A stretch of DNA of 64,000 nt, from the NCBI GenBank assembly GCA_002495675.1, contig DAGH01000002.1:24259-88258 (forward strand). The letters are read 5' to 3'. Made by a program: the position numbers and the translations under genes. Below are positions 27,798 through 36,872 of the stretch, piece by piece. The notes below the pieces were generated by a model that did not search any database, was not told the origin of the DNA, and was given only the letters and a program-made list of their open reading frames with translations. The DNA comes from Euryarchaeota archaeon UBA182. GTDB taxonomy: Archaea > Thermoplasmatota > Poseidoniia > Poseidoniales > Thalassarchaeaceae. The stretch's first letter is position 1. Every line of letters starts with the position of its first letter.

Positions 27798-28814
27798 ATG
27801 GGACTCCTAAGAGTCAAATCTACGCCTGCTGCCATATTGCTGACTTTCACTGCGATTGTTTCCTTGATCTACGCGTTGAACTTCATGTTCTTTGCTGACT
27901 GTTATGTGACGGGCGGTGCCGATTGTTTCACAATTCTCTCCAACGGCACATCTGATGGAGACAACTCATTTGGCAATGGGGCACCCGAGACTGCTTTCAA
28001 CGGCGTCCTCATGTTTGGCATCTTCATTTCTACTGCCATCATCCTGAATGAAGGTGCAAAGGGTAAGTGGAGTACGATGATTCCAGTCATAATAGGTCTT
28101 ACCACAATGACGGCTGTGCTTTGGCTGTATTGGGGTGATGATCTAGATTCTGCGGAGACTCCAAAGTATGTCACACCTATTCTTCTGGTTGCATACACGG
28201 CCGCTTACTTCTTGTTGAAGGGAGAAGACGAGGTAGATGACGGCCTCTCAGATTTTTCACCGGGACAAAATATCAAGGATACACCTGCCTTAATCACGCT
28301 GTCTCTTGTGGCCTTAATGGGCGGTTACTACTGCTTCCGAGCTTTACTAAGCCCAGGAGCAGTGAGCGAACTCGTAGAGCCCGGAGCTCTTGAACATGGC
28401 CTAGGTTCACCTTCCAATGTCACTGTGGCTGTTGGTGGCAGTCTATTCCTTGTGTATTTCTTATGGACTGTCCTGACCATCTTGGATGGAGCCAGCGGTA
28501 AGTGGGCCATTATCCATCCTGGTATTTTCGCCCTCTTGGCTGGAGCGATACAAAATTACGTCGGATATGCTTCTGCAACCGAGGAGGCCAGTAGAGCCAT
28601 CACAGATGCCACCATACAGGACGCAGTTGCAGGCCCCCTTGCCCTGTTGCTCGTTTTGTTCGCCTACTACAGGCTAAGGCCTGAGGGGATCGAGGACGGA
28701 ATGACATACGGCGGAGAAGATTGGCCCAACAAAGCCAACGACTTCAACGTCATGGTAATTGGATTCGCATTGGTTCTCGGCCTATTGTTCACATTGAACG
28801 CAGTATTGGTTTGA
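27798..28814 (+). CDS. Hypothetical polytopic membrane protein
   Basis: 8-10 hydrophobic spans. ATG 27798 is chosen because the longer ORF overlaps the thioesterase gene. Confidence 0.5.
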   Translation: MGLLRVKSTPAAILLTFTAIVSLIYALNFMFFADCYVTGGADCFTILSNGTSDGDNSFGNGAPETAFNGVLMFGIFISTAIILNEGAKGKWSTMIPVIIGLTTMTAVLWLYWGDDLDSAETPKYVTPILLVAYTAAYFLLKGEDEVDDGLSDFSPGQNIKDTPALITLSLVALMGGYYCFRALLSPGAVSELVEPGALEHGLGSPSNVTVAVGGSLFLVYFLWTVLTILDGASGKWAIIHPGIFALLAGAIQNYVGYASATEEASRAITDATIQDAVAGPLALLLVLFAYYRLRPEGIEDGMTYGGEDWPNKANDFNVMVIGFALVLGLLFTLNAVLV

Positions 28815-28818
28815 ATTG

Positions 28819-28892
28819 TGGAGCACGAGCCGGGATTTGCACCCGGGTACACGGATCTGCAGTCCGTTGCATAGCTACTCTGCCACTCGTGC
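28819..28892 (-). tRNA. tRNA-Cys (GCA) with encoded CCA
   Basis: The reverse complement reads GCACGAG-UG-GCAG...UGC-A-ACGGA-CUGCAGA-UCCGU-GUAC-CCGGG-UGCAAAU-CCCGG-CUCGUGC-U-CCA. It has a 7-bp acceptor stem, 5-bp anticodon and T stems, anticodon GCA and discriminator U73. Confidence 0.88.
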
Positions 28893-28966
28893 TTGTGCGA
28901 CCCACCAAACATTTCGATTTCAACGCTTCCCGAGTCTTGATTTGTACCGTATCTTAGAATACCTTC

Positions 28967-30127
28967 ATGGACAGGGGGCTAAACGATTCCTATATGCCCA
29001 CGGTCGCAACCCGTTTCGATAACCTCGGTGTTGGATTTGCACCCTACCTCCAGCCCCCTCCGGAGGGAGTCATAAGGTGGACCGTTGGCGAACCAGGATT
29101 CCCAACTCCAGAACCAGTAATCTCCACTGCTGTGTCCGAGTTACTGGATGGCAAGACGAAATACACAAGAGGCCAAGGATCACCAGCACTATGCGAGGCT
29201 GTTGCACACCATCTAATGAAGACCAGCAAGATAAGTGTGAGCCCGGAGAATGTTTTGATAACACCAGGCGCCAAACAAGCCCTACTCTACTCATACATGA
29301 CCGTGCTAAATCCTAGTGACGAGGCAATCCTACTCTCACCATCATGGGCCTCATACGAACCGATGATTTCAATCATAGGGGGGGTCCCAGTAAACGTTCC
29401 CGTAGACAGGAAAAACTTCCATCCAGATATGGATGCCATTCGCTCCTCCATAACCGATCGTACACGAATGATAATGGTAAATTCGCCTTGCAATCCAACC
29501 GGCGCTGTATACACACGGGAGGAGATTGAGGAAATCGTATCTATTGCCATCGAACACGATCTCTGGATAATTTCAGATGAGATATACTCGAGACTTATCT
29601 GGAATGGAGGTGAGCACGTCTCACCGGCCACAATCGAAGGTGGAAAAGAGCGCACTATTGTCATAAGCGGTTGGTCAAAAACATGGGCTATGACAGGTAT
29701 GAGAGTAGGTTTTCTCGCAGGGCCTGAACAAGCCGTGAGAGCCGCTGTGAAATGCCAAGCCAACTCGGCCTCGCACATCCCCACATTCATGATGGAAGCA
29801 GCTAGGGTCGCATTAGACTGCGATGATCACGTGGAACGATTCTCCGATGCCTACAGGCACAGGAGGAATTTGATTGTTCAGGGCTTAGAAGACATACCGG
29901 GCTTGAGAATAGTAAACCCGGAAGGTGCCTTCTATCTATTCATAGATGTAACAGGGACAGGAATGTCTGATGTCCAGTTTGCAGATGGAGCCTTGAAGGC
30001 TGGCGTACAACTTATCCCAGCATCGCTCATCACAGGTGGAGAGGGTTTCATTCGTGTATCCTATGCTGCTTCAGAGGAAGACATCAAAGAGGGAATAAAC
30101 AGATTGAGATCATGGCTCTTGGAATGA
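28967..30127 (+). CDS. aspC: Class I/II pyridoxal-phosphate aminotransferase (aspartate aminotransferase-like)
   Basis: NPCNPTGAVY, SDEIYSRL, and SGWSKTWAMTGMRVGF (PLP lysine). Confidence 0.85.
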   Translation: MDRGLNDSYMPTVATRFDNLGVGFAPYLQPPPEGVIRWTVGEPGFPTPEPVISTAVSELLDGKTKYTRGQGSPALCEAVAHHLMKTSKISVSPENVLITPGAKQALLYSYMTVLNPSDEAILLSPSWASYEPMISIIGGVPVNVPVDRKNFHPDMDAIRSSITDRTRMIMVNSPCNPTGAVYTREEIEEIVSIAIEHDLWIISDEIYSRLIWNGGEHVSPATIEGGKERTIVISGWSKTWAMTGMRVGFLAGPEQAVRAAVKCQANSASHIPTFMMEAARVALDCDDHVERFSDAYRHRRNLIVQGLEDIPGLRIVNPEGAFYLFIDVTGTGMSDVQFADGALKAGVQLIPASLITGGEGFIRVSYAASEEDIKEGINRLRSWLLE

Positions 30128-30205
30128 AAGCAAAAATTGTACAACCCACTACCGTTTATTTTAGAGAGAATAGAGGCCAGAACTAATTAGAATAATTCAT
30201 AAATA

Positions 30206-30244
30206 GAAATCGCCCGACACAGCCCCGATTTCGGTGGTGATAGG
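30206..30244 (+). promoter_or_regulatory. Leader hairpin abutting the Shine-Dalgarno-like GGTGGTGAT of speH
   Basis: GAAATCG (30206-30212) pairs with CGATTTC (30226-30232) around a 13-nt loop. GGTGGTGATAGG and the GTG start at 30245 follow immediately. Confidence 0.35.
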
Positions 30245-30646
30245 GTGGTTAAGGCTCACGGAAAACACGTTTACATCGACTATACTGGGTATCAATATGA
30301 TGAACTGAACAATGGTGAAAAAATATTAGAAATCATGATCCAATCAACTCGGGTTGCGAACATTAGGCCCGTTTTTTCTCATGTGGAGGAGTTTGATGGT
30401 CAGAGCTCACCTCCTGGGTTTGCAGCTGTGGTACTTTTAGATGAGTCCCACATCACTGCACATTGCTATTATGAAAAGGGATGGTTGGCAATTGATGCAT
30501 TTACATGTGGTGATGGCGATCCTGATCTTATTGCGGAATACATAACAAGAAATCTGGAAATAAGGATGCCTGGCCTTCAACAAATGCGGAGGGAGTTGGT
30601 AGATAGGTTCCTTCACAACAACGTAGAAGGGGCTGTGATTGATTGA
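30245..30646 (+). CDS. speH: S-adenosylmethionine decarboxylase proenzyme (SpeH type)
   Basis: GKHVYIDYTG...LLDESHITAHCY...AIDAFTCG contains the ES self-cleavage site and the pattern of small pyruvoyl AdoMetDC. Confidence 0.85.
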   Translation: MVKAHGKHVYIDYTGYQYDELNNGEKILEIMIQSTRVANIRPVFSHVEEFDGQSSPPGFAAVVLLDESHITAHCYYEKGWLAIDAFTCGDGDPDLIAEYITRNLEIRMPGLQQMRRELVDRFLHNNVEGAVID

Positions 30647-31611
30647 AAGAAGAAGGGGATCCAGTGAGAGATTTCATCAAACGGAACTACAATCATTTCA
30701 ACGCGGGAGAGCTTTCGAGATGTATAGAATCACTTCGGGATTTCCTTGACAAAGATGGCCGATTGATGATAACCCTTGCTGGTGCTATGTCGACGGCAGA
30801 GATTGGCAAGACACTTTCACCTGCGATCAAGGCCCAAAAAATACACGCGATATGCTGCACAGGGGCTAATCTGGAGGAAGACCTGTTCAATTTAGTTGCA
30901 AGTTCAGATTATGAGAAAATAACAAATTGGAGGGAACTGACCCCCCTTGATGATCTCAATCTCCACGATAGAGGGCTCAATCGTGTCACAGATGTCGCAA
31001 TACCAGAACATCGGGCAATAAGATACGTAGAGGACAAAATCATGGCTTTATGGAAAGATGCTGAGGCTGCAGGCGACAGAAGATTCCCTCATGAGTACAT
31101 ATATGATCTCCTAATGCACGGGGATTTAGAGTTCGATGGGGACCCTGATGACTCATGGCTAATGGCCGCGGCGGACGCCAACATTCCTATTTTCACCCCT
31201 GGATGGGAGGACTCCACTCTGGGAAACATCCTAGTCGCACGCGTGATTGATTTGTCCATATCTTCTCAAGATATCGTATTAAGTGGATTACACTCAATGC
31301 AAGCATTAGCGGATTGGTACAGAGAGGATGACTCTCCTACGGGGATTCTACAGGTAGGAGGCGGGATCGCTGGGGATTTCCCCATGTGTGTAGTTCCGAT
31401 GCTTAGGCAAGATGTCGGAATCAATGTGAGATTATGGTCTTGGTTTGCTCAGATATCAGAATCAAGGCCGTCCTACGGGGGCTACTCAGGTGCACCACCG
31501 AGCGAGAAAATCAGCTGGGGAAAAATAAGCACCGAGACCCCTCGGTTTGTTATAGAGTCGGATGCCACCATAGTTTTGCCATTGATTCTCCAATCGATAG
31601 TAGAAAACTGA
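30643..31611 (+). CDS. dys: Deoxyhypusine synthase-like
   Basis: LAGAMSTAEIG...CCTGANLEEDLF...SEKISWGKI contains the catalytic-lysine region (SWGKI). It overlaps the speH stop by 4 nt. The start is TTG 30643 or GTG 30664. Confidence 0.8.
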   Translation: MKEEGDPVRDFIKRNYNHFNAGELSRCIESLRDFLDKDGRLMITLAGAMSTAEIGKTLSPAIKAQKIHAICCTGANLEEDLFNLVASSDYEKITNWRELTPLDDLNLHDRGLNRVTDVAIPEHRAIRYVEDKIMALWKDAEAAGDRRFPHEYIYDLLMHGDLEFDGDPDDSWLMAAADANIPIFTPGWEDSTLGNILVARVIDLSISSQDIVLSGLHSMQALADWYREDDSPTGILQVGGGIAGDFPMCVVPMLRQDVGINVRLWSWFAQISESRPSYGGYSGAPPSEKISWGKISTETPRFVIESDATIVLPLILQSIVEN

Positions 31612-32865
31612 TCAAACAAGTCGACCTTGATATTGAAGCCCCTGTTCTTCTATCCTGATCAGTTGATTGTATTTCGAAGTTCTGTCAGACCTAGCCGGAG
31701 CACCTGTCTTTATCCAACCACATCCAGTTCCTACTGCCAGATCGGATATGGAGCTGTCACAGGTTTCACCTGAACGATGTGACATGATGCAGTCAAAGCC
31801 GGCGCTTCTAGCAATCTGCATCACTTCAAGAGTTTCAGAGACAGTCCCTATCTGGTTAGGCTTGATCAAAATTGAATTGGAGGCTCGATCAAAGACACCC
31901 TTCTCCAATCTCAATTTATTGGTTACGTAGAGATCGTCTCCAATGACAAGAACATCATGACCTTTCTCTGTGAAGGATATCCAGGACCCCCAATCATCCT
32001 CTGAGAAGGGGTCTTCTATCGAAACTATGGGATATTTTTCAATCCAAGAGGAATACAACGAGGAAAGTTCTGACCCGCCAATCATCTTTCCATCGAAAGA
32101 ATATCCACCAGAGTCATAGAATTCAGTGGCAGCGACATCTAGTGCGATTCCGATTTGAGTTGAACTTGAGTATCCAGCCCTCTCGATGGCTTCTACCAAC
32201 AATTCCAATCCCTCTTCGTTTCGTCCCAAGGAGGGGGCGAAACCCCCTTCATCACCGATTCCAGAAAGCAGTCCCTTTTCCTCGAGTGTGTTTTTTAGGG
32301 CGTGATAAGTTTCGGTCCCAGCCCTGAGAGCAGATGTGAAATCTGGGAATCCATACGGAACAACCATGAATTCCTGCACGTCTACGTTAGTTGCTGCATG
32401 TGCACCTCCATTTAGGATGTTCATCAACGGGACTGGCATTACGCCGACTGGCCAATCACCAGGTATAGATTTCCATAATGGAATCCCTTTTTCATTGGCC
32501 GAGGCCCTCAGGATCGCTAAGGAGCAACCTAGAATTGAGTTCGCCCCCAGTAGGCTTTTGTTTGGAGTCCCGTCTGCTGAAATCAGACGCTCGTCGATCA
32601 TAGTCTGATCATGGACACTCATGCCGATTAGCTCATTTCTTAATATCGTATTCACATTATCCACAGACCTTTGGACTCCCGATCCCAGCCACATGGGGCC
32701 ACCGTCTCTCAGTTCCACAGCTTCGTGAGATCCAGTGCTAGCCCCAGAGGGGACTGCTGCCCTTGCCGAGAATCTCCCGTCTACAAAACAGTCGACTTCA
32801 ATCGTCGGCCGCCCCCTCGAATCGAGGATCATTCGAGCGAGGATGTCGGTGACTTGTCCTATCAT
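31612..32865 (-). CDS. eno: Enolase
   Basis: ILDSRG.PT.EV, SGASTG.HEA.ELRD, IKPNQIGT.SE and SHRSGET are canonical enolase motifs. Confidence 0.95.
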   Translation of the reverse strand: MIGQVTDILARMILDSRGRPTIEVDCFVDGRFSARAAVPSGASTGSHEAVELRDGGPMWLGSGVQRSVDNVNTILRNELIGMSVHDQTMIDERLISADGTPNKSLLGANSILGCSLAILRASANEKGIPLWKSIPGDWPVGVMPVPLMNILNGGAHAATNVDVQEFMVVPYGFPDFTSALRAGTETYHALKNTLEEKGLLSGIGDEGGFAPSLGRNEEGLELLVEAIERAGYSSSTQIGIALDVAATEFYDSGGYSFDGKMIGGSELSSLYSSWIEKYPIVSIEDPFSEDDWGSWISFTEKGHDVLVIGDDLYVTNKLRLEKGVFDRASNSILIKPNQIGTVSETLEVMQIARSAGFDCIMSHRSGETCDSSISDLAVGTGCGWIKTGAPARSDRTSKYNQLIRIEEQGLQYQGRLV

Positions 32866-32906
32866 GGCCCAATGCGGAGGTCACGCCCTGTCAAGTTTCC
32901 CGAGAA

Positions 32907-33377
32907 TTATGCATTCAACCAACCTAGCCACCTGGAGACGGCTGATTGCAGTAAGGGAATCTCTAATTCTGAGCGACAGCATCTTTCCCAGCACAACTGT
33001 TCTTGGGATGGTGAAATTGAGAACAACTCAGCTTTGCACAGGACCCCATCATCTTGAGAGCTCAACCTTCGATAGTCATCCACGAAACAATGGATTAAGT
33101 TCTTCGGGAAATGGTGCATTACGGCTGTTTCGGGACAACACAGAACAGCACTTTTTTCCAGGAAAAGTAGTGAAGAACCATCGACCTCATTTATTTCATG
33201 TCCGTGGAGATTTACGTGGTGAAGCATCGCTGCGACATCTATGTTGTACCAATCAGACTCTTCCTTGGTGAGTTTCAATGATGATATATCATCAAGATAC
33301 TCTTGGATTTCACTTTGGCTGGATTGAGGCGCGTCCCGCATCAGTGAAACAAAAAACATCCACTGATTTGAAACCAA
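32907..33377 (-). CDS. Hypothetical Cys/His-rich protein
   Basis: It is the only protein-like frame between eno and lrp. An AT-rich promoter lies directly upstream. The start is TTG 33377, ATG 33359 or ATG 33341. Confidence 0.4.
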   Translation of the reverse strand: MVSNQWMFFVSLMRDAPQSSQSEIQEYLDDISSLKLTKEESDWYNIDVAAMLHHVNLHGHEINEVDGSSLLFLEKSAVLCCPETAVMHHFPKNLIHCFVDDYRRLSSQDDGVLCKAELFSISPSQEQLCWERCCRSELEIPLLQSAVSRWLGWLNA

Positions 33378-33380
33378 CCA

Positions 33381-33437
33381 GCAATAAATTCTGTAAATAA
33401 TTACCGAAAAATGTAAAATTTTTTAATTTTTTTTCCG
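33381..33437. promoter_or_regulatory. AT-rich divergent promoter region (TATA-like boxes) between the hypothetical gene and lrp
   Basis: GCAATAAATTCTGTAAATAATTACCGAAAAATGTAAAATTTTTTAATTTTTTTT carries TATA-like elements facing both directions. Confidence 0.4.
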
Positions 33438-33484
33438 TAAGAATGAACCAATGGTATCAAAAGTGACTGGTTAACGGCAATATC

Positions 33485-33907
33485 ATGCCTGAAGTAGATT
33501 CACTTGACAGATCTATTCTGTCAGTACTCAGAGACCAAGGAAGATCCTCATTTGTTCAGATCGCCAACTCAACCGGTGTCACAGAGAGAACGGTCAGGGC
33601 CAGAATGAGAAGGCTGGAAGACGAGGGCATCATTAGAGGGTATACGATAAGGGAGACAGGAATTGGACTCTCTGCGTTAGTCCGACTCAGTGTTGGGCCC
33701 GGTATTGAGATTGGCACTTTGGCAGGTGAATATGCATCTTGGGACGGTATAGAATCAGTCTACGAGATAAGCGGGGATGCAGATCTAATCGTCCTGGCAC
33801 ATGTTGATGACACCGTGGCTTTGCGCGGACTCTTGGACAGAATTTGGTTGAGTGCTCCGGGAAGCATAATTTCGACGAGAACTGAGCTTGTATTGGAACA
33901 GTACTGA
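33485..33907 (+). CDS. lrp: Lrp/AsnC-family transcriptional regulator
   Basis: LDRSILSVLRDQGRSSFVQIANSTGVTERTVRARMRRLEDEGIIRGYT forms the HTH domain. A C-terminal RAM domain follows. Confidence 0.9.
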   Translation: MPEVDSLDRSILSVLRDQGRSSFVQIANSTGVTERTVRARMRRLEDEGIIRGYTIRETGIGLSALVRLSVGPGIEIGTLAGEYASWDGIESVYEISGDADLIVLAHVDDTVALRGLLDRIWLSAPGSIISTRTELVLEQY

Positions 33908-33958
33908 TAAATCGTGATTTCCCACAAGATAAGTCCCAGAATCATGGTGGGGCATTAG

Positions 33959-34513
33959 TCATTCTTTCCACTTTACAGAACATCCAATACTTTCTGTTCT
34001 CTGGACCCGGATTCTCTGCCCTGAGACATATTGATTCAGTGCATCCTTAAGTTCACATGTTGTAGCATTGGATGGATCTCGGGGGGAATCGTCAAGGCGA
34101 CCACGATACAGTACATCATGACCTCCAGAAACAAGATAAAATTCTGGAGTTCGCTTGGCTCCGTACGATCTTGCAACCTCTTGAGTCGAATCATGCAAGT
34201 AAGGGTATGACATCCCCTTGGAGGCCCTCTCAACCATATGGTCCCAGTCATCTGAGACATACCGCTCGGGGTCATTTGAATTGATTCCGACAAATCCTAA
34301 TCCAAATTCTCTTGCCATCTTTGCTATTTCTTCAATTCTACCCTCTGATGCGACAACGTATGGGCAGTGATTGCAAGTGAACATCACAACCCCACCAGTT
34401 TCTCCGATCACTCCATCTAGGCCGACTACAGACTCACCATGGGTCTTATTCGCATTTGGCAGATTGAATGTTGGCGCTTTGTCCCCCGGCTCGACACCAT
34501 GACTTGAAGGCAT
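33959..34513 (-). CDS. Thioredoxin-fold thiol-disulfide oxidoreductase (AhpC/TSA/redoxin-like)
   Basis: FTCNHCPYV is a CxxC motif in a redoxin-like context. Size is 184 aa. Confidence 0.75.
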   Translation of the reverse strand: MPSSHGVEPGDKAPTFNLPNANKTHGESVVGLDGVIGETGGVVMFTCNHCPYVVASEGRIEEIAKMAREFGLGFVGINSNDPERYVSDDWDHMVERASKGMSYPYLHDSTQEVARSYGAKRTPEFYLVSGGHDVLYRGRLDDSPRDPSNATTCELKDALNQYVSGQRIRVQRTESIGCSVKWKE

Positions 34514-34528
34514 GATCTGCCGAAAGCA

Positions 34529-36784
34529 TCACCTGACATGAACCCTTTCTGCGGGAATCCCTGCCAATGACTCCATCAATCTCAGCCTAGATCTGGCGTG
34601 TTGATCACTTGGATCGATATCCAGGACCTGACGCCATCGTTTGTAGGCCGCCCTGAAATCTCCCGCCTTCTCTTCAAGATCGGCAAGGATCATCAGGACG
34701 TCAAATCTCCTCGGATTGCATTCTGAGGCCTTCTCGAGGTCGGACATGGCCTCGTCAAGCCGATTAAACTCAAGATATAACCTCGCTCTACAGGCCCATG
34801 ATTCGCTATCACTTGGATCCAGTCTAATTGCCTCGTTGAGAAGGGCCTCAGCCTGCTCACCCCTTCCAGTTTTTATGAGGCAAGACGCCAGTAATGCCAT
34901 TGCATCGACATCTCCAGTTTGAGATGAGACAGCGCCTTCGAGTAGATCTATCGCCTCATCCCATAATGATAGCCCAACCATTGCCTCAGCATTACGTTTT
35001 ATCGCTATTGGATTGTTTGGCCTGTTTCTGACAACCTCGCTGGAATGTTGGGCTGCCAAGTCGTACTTATCTTGGAATAGGTACAACAAAGCGAGGTTTA
35101 GACGGCCTGAGACGTGACTTGGATCAACCTTGATGACGCTCAAAAACCTCCTCTCAGCCTCTTCCATTCGTCCTTCTCTGGCATGTGCCAATCCATTCAA
35201 GAAGTCCATTTCTAATCTATCAGCTCGAACCTTATCGCATTCCCTGAGCACGGATCGTGCCTCGTCGAAATCCATCGTTTCGATGAGTATACGCGCCTCT
35301 TCAATTAGGACGCTTGGCTCCTTCTCAGCGATCCGTCTCGCCCTGACGATGCACGTCCGCGCCTCGCCTAGATCACCAGATAGCCTGTTGTAGTATGCGG
35401 TAGCCAGCCAGCTTCTATGATCTTCTCTATCACAGCTCGTCATCTGTATGCTGCAGTCCTTCAACCTCGAGATGAGGCTTTCAGGCACCGATCCAGTATT
35501 GTCCCTTTCCAACTTGCACTGACTCATCAAAACTAATACTTCAGATTCCAAAAGTCCTATTGTTGGGTTGAATGCTCTCGATCTGTCTAACAATGACAAG
35601 GCGTTATTCAAGTCATCAACGGCGATTGACAACTTAATCCCAGCCTCGTAGAGGGCTGGACTCCCACCAACATCAACTTTTGAGTTGAGGTGAGCCATCG
35701 CGGAATCTGCCATACCCATTGAAACAATTATTGAGACCTCCAACAGAATCGAATCATCAGACTCAGATTTTATGTCCCTAATTAGTCTGAGCGCCAAATC
35801 ATACTGTCCCTTCAAATGGGCAATTTCAGCCCTCATGAATAAGACGTCGTCAACGTTTTTCTCTTCCAAAGTCATGCCGTCTAACAATTCCAGACCTTCG
35901 TCCAGCATCCCCTCTGATATTTTCTTGCGGGCCCGTTTGACTCTGACCGAGGGAGACATTTCCAGGACATTGGGGCCCACAGCTCTGGACCGAAGATTAT
36001 GAATGGACCCAACAACCTCCACCTCCATCTCTCCATCCCAATCAAGTGACGCTAGCCTCCGCCGATTCCGAGAAGATCTTGAGTCACTTTCAGGCAACAG
36101 GGATAGCTGTTCGATCAGCGCTGGCATGTCATCGGGTTCAGAGTCGATGTGGGCTTCCAGAGTTTCAATCAACTCGTTCCTTGTCCCACTGACTCTGATA
36201 ATCCTCAGGAGGCCAGACATGGAATCGAACCTATGCCCTTCTCTGAGGGAAGCCTCGTAAGCATCGCGAGCATGTTTTTGGACATCATGCTCCTCAAACA
36301 ATGAACCCAGTCGTTCGAACTGTGAGGAGGTTAAACTCAGGTCATCGGGCCTTACCCCAGTAGAATCTAACATAATTCCAAGCCTCCTAGTGAGACTCCC
36401 CATTGCTATCAGAGAGTCGTCCGAGTCAGCCTCGTCATTTTCCAAGGCCATTGCAAGTAATCTCGCTGGATGTGAGATTAAATCACAAACCCTACTGACG
36501 CTTCCTCCATCCAATCTGCTCAGCATTCTCTCTGCGGTGTCGATTGCAGTATGGGCTGCAAGTCTGTCATGCACTGGATCACCGTCTCCGATCACGGATT
36601 CCAATCCGTCATTCACTGATGACAATTCTCTGTGTACAGTATAATATGCGGAGGACATCGTGTCAAGTTCCAACTTCATCTCAAGCGCCTTCCGCTTGTT
36701 GTATCTTTGACGGATAAAGGCTGTGGCGTAAGCGATTATCAACAGTGCATAGACCCCTATCACTATGCGCGAGGCCTCTACCAT
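34529..36784 (-). CDS. Membrane-anchored TPR-repeat protein
   Basis: An N-terminal transmembrane helix (VIGVYALLIIAYATAFI) is followed by many 34-aa TPR-like A/L/Y-patterned repeats over 751 aa. Confidence 0.7.
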   Translation of the reverse strand: MVEASRIVIGVYALLIIAYATAFIRQRYNKRKALEMKLELDTMSSAYYTVHRELSSVNDGLESVIGDGDPVHDRLAAHTAIDTAERMLSRLDGGSVSRVCDLISHPARLLAMALENDEADSDDSLIAMGSLTRRLGIMLDSTGVRPDDLSLTSSQFERLGSLFEEHDVQKHARDAYEASLREGHRFDSMSGLLRIIRVSGTRNELIETLEAHIDSEPDDMPALIEQLSLLPESDSRSSRNRRRLASLDWDGEMEVEVVGSIHNLRSRAVGPNVLEMSPSVRVKRARKKISEGMLDEGLELLDGMTLEEKNVDDVLFMRAEIAHLKGQYDLALRLIRDIKSESDDSILLEVSIIVSMGMADSAMAHLNSKVDVGGSPALYEAGIKLSIAVDDLNNALSLLDRSRAFNPTIGLLESEVLVLMSQCKLERDNTGSVPESLISRLKDCSIQMTSCDREDHRSWLATAYYNRLSGDLGEARTCIVRARRIAEKEPSVLIEEARILIETMDFDEARSVLRECDKVRADRLEMDFLNGLAHAREGRMEEAERRFLSVIKVDPSHVSGRLNLALLYLFQDKYDLAAQHSSEVVRNRPNNPIAIKRNAEAMVGLSLWDEAIDLLEGAVSSQTGDVDAMALLASCLIKTGRGEQAEALLNEAIRLDPSDSESWACRARLYLEFNRLDEAMSDLEKASECNPRRFDVLMILADLEEKAGDFRAAYKRWRQVLDIDPSDQHARSRLRLMESLAGIPAERVHVR

Positions 36785-36872
36785 GCAATCAATCGACTTC
36801 GATGAGGCTTTGATGCCTTCTGTCTAATCAAAGGGGCAAGTGGCAATTACACGCCCCTTCGAAGACTTTCGG

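Noticed and set aside
32735-33271. 178-aa plus-strand ORF between eno and lrp
   Set aside because: It starts inside the antisense of enolase and is Arg/Ser-rich. The minus-strand frame is more protein-like and has a promoter directly upstream.
36221-36260. tRNA-like T-arm string (GGTTCGATTCC on the minus strand)
   Set aside because: The flanking bases do not form a T-stem or acceptor stem, and the string lies inside the TPR protein coding sequence.
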